In this document: positions 36,828-45,023 of the stretch, piece by piece
Numbering within the stretch: position 1 is the first letter of the stretch
How the letters are laid out: each line of letters starts with the position of its first letter
DNA from: Octopus sinensis
Taxonomy: Eukaryota
DNA: 45,023 nt
NCBI RefSeq assembly: GCF_006345805.1
Contig: NW_021834849.1
Location: 1-45,023 of the forward strand
Reading direction: 5' to 3'
Translations under genes and position numbers: made by a program
The notes under the pieces: model-generated
Told to the model about the DNA's origin: nothing
What the model saw: only the letters and a program-made list of their open reading frames with translations
Databases searched by the model: none

Positions 36828-39611
36828 AGAAACATTATATATTATGTAGTTTTATATAAAGTATTCGTTTTTAAGTCTACATCAGTTGCAAATTGTTTGG
36901 TGCAGCTGGAGAATATAAATTCTACCTCAATATTTCCATTTATATGTGGAAAGTAAATAAGGTTATCACTGATCACTTGAATAATTATATCTAATTGGGG
37001 CAGCGTTTAATATAGACCTGGAATTGGATAATTACATGGACACATACCCAACACCGAGAGAAGTACGTGCACTTACTCAAGTTGAAGAATTCAAACAATC
37101 ATATTGGATAGAGTGAGTGTGGATACGGACACATTCAGCATGTGTTTTGAGTATGTGCCTATGTGCGTTTGCAACACTGGATCAAAGGAAAACTCACAAT
37201 GTTTGTGGTATTCTCACCGAAACACATCCGCACGTAGTATCGCGGACAGTGACCTACCATATAATTCTGGTGGTTTATTGTAGAGCAGTTATGGGTAAAT
37301 CGCGTCTCACGAAATTTTCTGAATGTCACGTCTAACGAAAAAGTACCTTAAATATATTTAGTATCACGACCCGTTTGATGATGAACCGTGTCCCATGAAA
37401 CACACTTGTCAAACGATGTCCATGTCTACAATGTAGACTCTTGGAATGATTTGAGAAAATTACCGCATTGTAGCAACCTTGTTAATATATTGTGCAAACT
37501 GATTATTAATGCCTACCTTCGAAATCTTCAGAAACATATTTCACGTAATCAGTAGGAGCGTCGCCTGCTACGTGTTATATTCGTGATTCGGTTTATACGA
37601 TTGAGTATATTAAACCTTTTCTCTCATAAATATTTTTAAATGCCTAACATCGTACATATGTCTGTGTGCGTGTATCTCTAGCTGCTGCAGTATATTCATC
37701 AACTCCCGAGCATTGAAAGAAATGCTCACAAGCACACACACACATACACACACAATATGTTTAGAGAGAATACATAGAAATATGTGTTCGTTTCATTCAT
37801 ATATTCCTATGTAGTCATGTTAAATTCTACTTCTACTGAATTATTTTTACGTTTTCCAAAATATTTTCTAAAGCGAGCTGTCAATAACTATAGGATAGTA
37901 ATTCATTTTCAATACTCTATATTCCAGAGGTATAGTCTACCGTTCAGTCTCTCACTCTCAGTTTGACAATATATATTTGTGAATCTGCGCGCACGCGTAT
38001 GTATAGAGGTAATTGTATAGATAGATAGATTCATACATACATTTATGAACATAAAAATAAATTGCAGACATTTTGGTTCATCTTAGTTATTCTGAAGTGT
38101 CATTTGAAACCTTGGATAATTAAATTTCCATGAATCATGTACGTCTTCAATATATATATACTTCGCACGGAAAATGTAAAATGTGGCGCCACAATGTCAA
38201 AACTGAAATCGATATATAAATAATCTGAAATTAATGAAATACGGGAATTGATAAGGTCTCAGCGATGTTTTTAATGAACACAATGGTCGCTTCCCGCCAT
38301 AATTGTGAAAGTTTGTATAGAAATACGGGCATGACTTTGCAGATGCCATGACACTGCTCACATTGGAATATAGTACATACTACATACAAAATAATGGATA
38401 CTTTCAATGGAGTATTAATCTTTATAGTGGCCTGCAACTTCAGACTTATGTTGATATTGCTGCTTAATCTAAAGTCAATTCTGATTCTACAGACAAAAGT
38501 ATTTGAATCTAAATTATTCCTTAATTTTCCTAGATGCATCGTTTCCAAGAATAAAATTACTATCCTGACCACTTTTAATACTGCGGCTTACAATCTGAGC
38601 AACATTATTACCCGGCATATCGACCATGTTGTGGTTTCAACTTTGGTTCGCATATGTGATATGTACAATTTGTTGGTGCTGTTGTTGATTGGATTGTAAG
38701 CGAAACATTGAAGGACAGATCTATAGTTAAACACACTAGCCATCAAATTAGCATTTTCTCAGGTGCAGCTTATTTTCTTATTTAGATTGACACATGTGTC
38801 TTCAGCTCTATTGTGGTTTGCAGCATTTTTCACTGCTATTTAAAAAACATCGAACGACTATGAAATGTTTTAGTTAGAAACTCATACTTTTGGTTCTTCC
38901 AGTGCTATTTCACATCACAATGAGCTGTTCAAATAAAAGGCTTCCACTGTACCAGTGTGAATCAATTATAGAAAATCTAAGTGGTATGTAATAATGAAAT
39001 GTATCTTTCTTATTGATAGGGAACTTTACAAGAAGAATTCAGTCAAACAGCTAGCAGTTAGATGTACTCCATACCTCATTTTTTCACAAGTAATGCCACG
39101 AGCTAATATCTAAACATTATCAGTTTACAACATATGCACAAAAGGATTGCTACATCAATGAATCAGGAGAATTATTTCTTTCTGGATTGGTTTTATGTGA
39201 ATATACTGATATAGTTAATTATGCAGCGATAAAAATTCAGCAAACATGTTGCATCATAAGTAAAAAGTAACCTCATGCTTTGGATTAAGTGAAAGTATCA
39301 CGATTAAATACACCTGCGTGTACCATTAAATTATTCAGAACATATACTTTGTTATTTATAACAAAAAGCTTAATGTATGAGGCTGTTTGGTAACTCTAAT
39401 ACTTATCAGCAGAAAGGGACAGTTCATATACAATATACATTAAAAAAATATGAACAATATAGTAAGCAAAAAACATTGGTCAGAAGCTACACCAAATCTA
39501 CGAAGTCCTCGCCATTATTTACATCGATCAACAGGAGGTACGCAAACACTCATACATGTATACTTTCATGTATACATATGTATGAGGAAATACACACACA
39601 CACACACACAC

Positions 39612-39691
<80 letters not shown>

Positions 39692-40634
39692 GTAGATACA
39701 TACATACTATCATACATACATACTTACTTACTTACTTAAGGTCTAAAGAAAGTAATTACCGCATCTGAAATCGAAATAGGGAAAAGGAAAGAAATTTATG
39801 GTGAAAGTATTTTTTAAAATTAATCTAAGGAAAGGGAAAAATTAATACTTCTCTACACATGAGCCACCATTGTCTACGCATATTTGTAAACCTACAGCAA
39901 AATTTCCAATAGCATTTTGACAGATTTCAGGCGCTATTGAGCCATGTTTTCTTCAGTAAAATCCTCTAAATCTTGAAGTCGCAGAGGCTTTTTGAGAGAT
40001 GTAGCTTTTTTCTCTACCACCTGCAACACAAGTTCAACATATTCCTATGTAATACACATTTTGAATACCTCATTTTAACTTTAAAAAACAAATGGAAATG
40101 TTAATATTAAAAAGAAATATTCTGATTATTTTTCAATTTCTTGAAAATGTATTTCATTTTATATTATTTTGCAGTTCTATTATTTGTATTTCAAATATGA
40201 TGGTTACGTTATTTAAACGGTCTGCATGTATATGTGTGTTTGTAAATGTATGTTTCTGTGTTTGTGTGTCTGTGTGTGTGTGTGCGGGCGCGCATATGAA
40301 TGTGTGTGCGTGTGTATGTGCCTGTAAGTATGTAGTTTTTTTTTTATCATATTGAGAATATATAGAGAGAAAATAATTCTCTTCAGATAATGATAGTTCT
40401 CAACATTAACAAAAATTGAATATTACAAAATAGGTATTACAAATTGGAGATCTATCTGCCTGCCCAAGCATTTATCTCTTAATTTATCTCTCTAAGTATG
40501 TGTATGTATATACGTAGGTAGGTATGTATCTAAGTAAGTATATGTGTATATATCATAACCATATACAATAACTATATATCATGTATAAATATAAAATGCG
40601 TAATATACGAAAACTTCTATATTTGTGTATATAT

Positions 40635-40948
40635 GTTATTTCAGTCATTTGACTGCGGTCATGCTGGAGCACAATTTTTAGTTTAGCAAATTGACCCCAG
40701 GTCTTATTCTTTGTAAGCATAGTACTCATTTTATCGGTCTCTTTTGCCGAAGTACGAAGTTACGGCTGTCACACACACATATGCATAAATATACGATGGG
40801 CTTCTTTCAGTTTCTGTCTACCACATCCACTCACAAGGCTTTGGTCGGCCCGAGGTTATAGCATAAAATACTTGTCCAAGGTGCCATGCAGTGGGACCGA
40901 AACCATGTGGTTCGTAAGCAAGCTACTTACCACAGAGCCACTCATGCG
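40635..40948 (-). mobile_element. SINE family S2, near full length
   Basis: Reverse complement of S2 (ttcagtcatttgactgcggtcatgctggagc...agctacttaccacagagccactcatgcgt). Confidence 0.85.
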
Positions 40949-40989
<41 letters not shown>

Positions 40990-41443
40990 CCTCGGGACTG
41001 AAACCGAAACCATGTGGTTCGTAAGCAAGCTACTTACCACAGAGCCACTCATGCGTCTCTCTTTCTCTCTCTCTCTCCCCCTCTCTCTCTCACTATATAT
41101 ATATATATATATATGCATGTGTGTGTGTGTATAGCAAATAAGTAGCAAGGATGCCCGAGTATCAGTGCATTACGGCCTTTTCAAGCGGCTCCACTTAACC
41201 AATCTATGTAAGCATTACATCAATCTCCTGTATAGATTTCCATATAGATTTCCGACATACAGGATACTCCATTATGGCTGTTTTTTTCTTTTTGTTTTTC
41301 TTTTTATCAAATTTTTAATGAATGCTAGTAAGTAAAATAATTACGTAGCATCTCTTTGCTATTATTGTAGCAGAATGAATTTAGGAAATATACCTAAAGC
41401 CTACTATAAATTATAGTGGCTCCAAATTATTATAGGCTTTGTG

Positions 41444-41520
41444 TAGGTTTCTTATTTCTTTTGGCAGAGCATTGAAGAACTGTAGGTTTTTTGACCCTAA
41501 GCAATATACCTGTTGATGGT
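41444..41520 (-). mobile_element. Degenerate LINE ORF2 C-terminal remnant (CR1/L2-like)
   Basis: Translates to GSKNLQFFNALPKEIRNL, resembling the G...FN.LP..IR.L motif near LINE ORF2 ends. Confidence 0.4.
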
Positions 41521-42110
41521 TTAATGTTGTGTATGTATGAATGTATGTATATATGTATGTATGTACGCACGCATGTATGTATGTATGAATGTATGTATGT
41601 ACGCACGCATGTATGTATGTATGCATGTATGTATGTATGTATGTATGTATGTATGTATGTATGTCACCTTCGTCGATATGGCTAGGAAATGGCAGAATCG
41701 TGATTTCTTCAGTAAACTTCCAGGCTTTCATTCAGACAGTAATCGGAATCAAAAACGTACTCCTATAGCAGTGAACTCCATTCTTCTTACTTCCGGGCCC
41801 CACCTTGCATTTTCCTCTTCCGTTTTCTTTTTCCTTTGTGAATTGATTTTATAATTGAACGACAATATCTTACTAGATCATGTCACACTCGTTCATCCCC
41901 ACAGTTGTGTTCTATTTACAGGTGTTTGTGAACTTGACAAATAGGAATTCGATTGTTCGAACTATCAATTGTATATACCTCAACAAGACTGGCAGAGAAT
42001 CTACAGCATATCCTGTTTCTTTACTCTTTCTCTGAATGTGCTTATATACACGATACATACATATGCATATTTGTATACGAACGTATTCATATATGCATAC
42101 ATTCATGTAC

Positions 42111-42145
<35 letters not shown>

Positions 42146-42193
42146 CATGTCTATATGTACATGTCTTTCTTTGTCTTCCTCTCTTTCTTGTGC

Positions 42194-42244
<51 letters not shown>

Positions 42245-42829
42245 ATATATATATACATTGTGTGGTGTGTGCCTGCCTGTGTCTGTGTGTAGTGTATGTG
42301 TGGTGGTATATACTTTTCAGAACTGGATGTTTAAAATGAGTGTTTGACATTTTTTCATAATTGAGTACATATATTTATAGGAAGGCCTCGTTTTAATCTT
42401 ATCTTGCAGTAAAAATTAATTTATAAAGCTACTTAAGAAAGAAGTATTCGTTTCATTCTGTTTATTTGATGTGTCCAGAAAGAAAACAATATTATTCCAA
42501 ATTATTTTGAAAATTAACGATATATTCAATTTTTATCGCCTCGTAAAAATCATCTTAACAGTTACCGCAACATATATAATTAGTATTCCTAATTGTATTA
42601 TGGGAATTTTGTCGCTTTAATGTTGATAGATTTACGCAAGCATAATTTATGTTTTAGATATTTAGGCTATTTTCTGCTTGCTTTTTACGATAAGTCTTAT
42701 CATTTTTGAAGAAATGTCCAGCTTCAAAGAGGCATTTATGATTCCATAAATCTGACGTTATAAATAAATGGCTGCCATCATAGCTGGCATTTGTTTTGTC
42801 TTTATGCTATTTCATCAGGCGATACCTTA

Positions 42830-43230
42830 ATGACATTATCATTAACATTATTCCCATTCTAATGACTTTCATTGTAGTGGTCACCACCATCGTCATCACC
42901 CGCATCAGATGCTGCAATAGAAGCGGTATAGACAATGTCGTTATCGTTATTGTGATCATCAACACCATGAACAATTACAGTAACAGCAGAAGTATAGCTA
43001 AAGCTATTCATTACACTCATATTGCCCTAATTCTTCTCATCATCAGCCATAGCTATTTTAACACAATGCTTACTATTAGCATCGTGTTTATCATCTTCGT
43101 CACGACCACTGCTACCACCACCTCCAACATCACCTTCGTCATCATGATCATCATGTTCTTCATCTTCGTCGTCGTCGTCGTCGTCGTCACCATTATCATC
43201 CTTACTATCCTCTACTTCTCATCCCCATCA
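42830..43230. repeat. Degenerate trinucleotide low-complexity tract (ATC/ACC/GTC/ATT)
   Basis: Seen directly; it explains the I/V/T-rich pseudo-ORF at 42796-43263. Confidence 0.8.
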
Positions 43231-45023
43231 TTAACAGTGTCACCATATATTTCTTTGTGCTAAAATACAGTCTAATGTTATCACTTCATTAAAGACTTCT
43301 TTTATGGTTCATGCTCTTGATCTATTTCCCGAGGAAAGCTCTTATGTTTGTTGTTTTGAAAATATTACTACACAGATAAAAAAATGTCTTTCTTCACTTT
43401 ATCTGTTGTACTAAGGCCGCACACGTCTTTGTTTCTCGCATAGTGACAAATGCACGTCTACTTTACTTTAATAATGCTTCGGGCAGAAATTTCAGCGTAA
43501 ATCTAAATCAATAATATACTTGTTTTCTTGATTTTTTTTTCCCAGTATTCACCAAGAATATTAAATCATCACATATAACTGCCTGCGGTTGATACTATTT
43601 TATAGTGCTAAGGTTACTAATGCTTGTGGCAGGTGGTGAGGTGTAGAAATATTTTCTAACTCCGAGTAGGCTGTAACACGGTTTCGATTCTATTAACTGC
43701 TAATGCTATGATATTCGTTCATTCAGGCCTCTTGAATTTAGCGTATATTGTATTGTCTCAGGTCTTCCCACTAGATTTCTGACAACTTATTTTTATTGTT
43801 TTTTTTTAAATATACATACCTGTTTCATCTTTAGTCTATAATTAGTATTTATAAAGAAACATCATCTACAGTCAATTACTTGGCAGTTAAATTATGCATA
43901 ACGTCTACATTTACATGCACAGCACAAGGTAAAGTGCCTTCTTGCAAGCAGTTATTCCAGTTTCAAACCATTTGATGCTCTCACATTATTATGAATGCCT
44001 TAATATTTAATATTATGGAACTCAAATTTCTTTTCATTGTCTGAAAACAATATATTGATGGTCCAATTACAAATATCACAAATGGCGCAGATCAACGTTT
44101 TGTACTAATATGTAGAATGAATTGAAAAATATCCCCTTTTAAGAGCAAGTCGCATAATTCAGGTTCAAAATTCAATCCACTAGTGTTACAAACATACTGT
44201 TAAAGATATAATTATACCCATAACTTCCTGTCTTTTTTTCGTCTAAGTAAATCAAATTGATTTCTTCATAATATATCAGTCACAATACCTTGTTCCTTTC
44301 TTTCAATCAATAATTCATTAAAATGTTCTAATTGGTTCTTTTCTTAAAATATGACATTTTATGTCTGTGTATTAATGTCGAATTGTATACCGTTCCTTTA
44401 TCATACTCGTTTAGTACATTTGTCGACAATGAGCATAGAAAATCAGGCCTCTAAGTTTAGGTCAAGATTTAAAAAGCTGAATTATAAAGTGTACCATCTA
44501 AAATGTAATACAAACGTGGTGAATCTCATATTAAGTTTGGAAAGATAATTTCCAGAGTATTTCACACCTTTGAAGGTGATAAATTTTATCACTCGTCTTT
44601 GACTCTGAGATTCTTAACTTCTACCAAAAGCTAGTCCTATGCAACTAAATAATTAGTACAAAAATATGATCAACCCAATCTTGCTCAAATAGCCATTTAT
44701 AATTTAAACTTGACACGATACATTCCAAGATGTAGTCCTAGATATAAGAGGCCGGGAAATGATGCTATCGAAATCGACCTGGGGTAAAACAACATCAAAT
44801 AAAAAAATATCTCTAATATTTATGTGATGAGCTGACATTCAGAACAATTTTGCGGCAAAATATTTCTAACAAATCAAATAGGAGAAAAATATTCATAGCA
44901 GAGAAATATACATGGTCTAATTCCTCCAATAAATCTCAAACACCTAGATACATCTCACCAAGCGACTCGCAAATCGTTTGGGCTATGTTGTCCACAAACA
45001 TCACTCCAGGTGATGTTATTCAG

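Noticed and set aside
43670-43730. Minus-strand CTGAATGA...GAAAC arrangement
   Set aside because: The core has an extra base, stem II is poor and stem I is out of register.
429-44548. The many Y/I/C/V/H/T-rich ORFs in the track (for example 10849-11496, 13175-13930, 16094-16375, 42796-43263)
   Set aside because: They are translations of (TA)n, (TG)n, (AAT)n or (ATC)n microsatellites, with no domain or splice support.
1-45023. CRISPR arrays, rRNA, true tRNA genes, prokaryotic operons
   Set aside because: No repeat-spacer arrays or rRNA were seen. The tRNA-like stretches are SINE heads without a complete cloverleaf.

Overview
Eukaryotic, AT-rich, microsatellite-dense DNA with no prokaryotic features. 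The SINE families and the (TA)n/(TG)n load look like an octopod cephalopod genome; this is recognition from memory, not a database result. Nearly all ORF-track entries are microsatellite artefacts. One host coding exon is well supported: 21001-21351 (+), a phase 1-1 exon encoding a 10-Cys CCN-type VWC domain plus hinge, with an unusual 12-residue basic insert. I found no IGFBP, TSP1 or CT exons, so most of the window is probably intron or flank of a CCN-like gene. The repeats include three tRNA-derived SINE families (one copy with a perfect 16-bp TSD), a young 5'-truncated RTE LINE and a Helentron/HINE-like element. The most interesting signal is at least eight minimal type I hammerhead-ribozyme motifs (stem I-CUGANGA-stem II-GAA-palindromic stem III-H-stem I), plus one weak candidate. 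They sit in four short repeat families, three times inside fold-back inverted-repeat cassettes, as expected for Penelope-like pseudo-LTRs or their non-autonomous derivatives. Only the copy at 29959-30014 (-) has a fully canonical catalytic core. No ribozyme activity can be shown from sequence alone.
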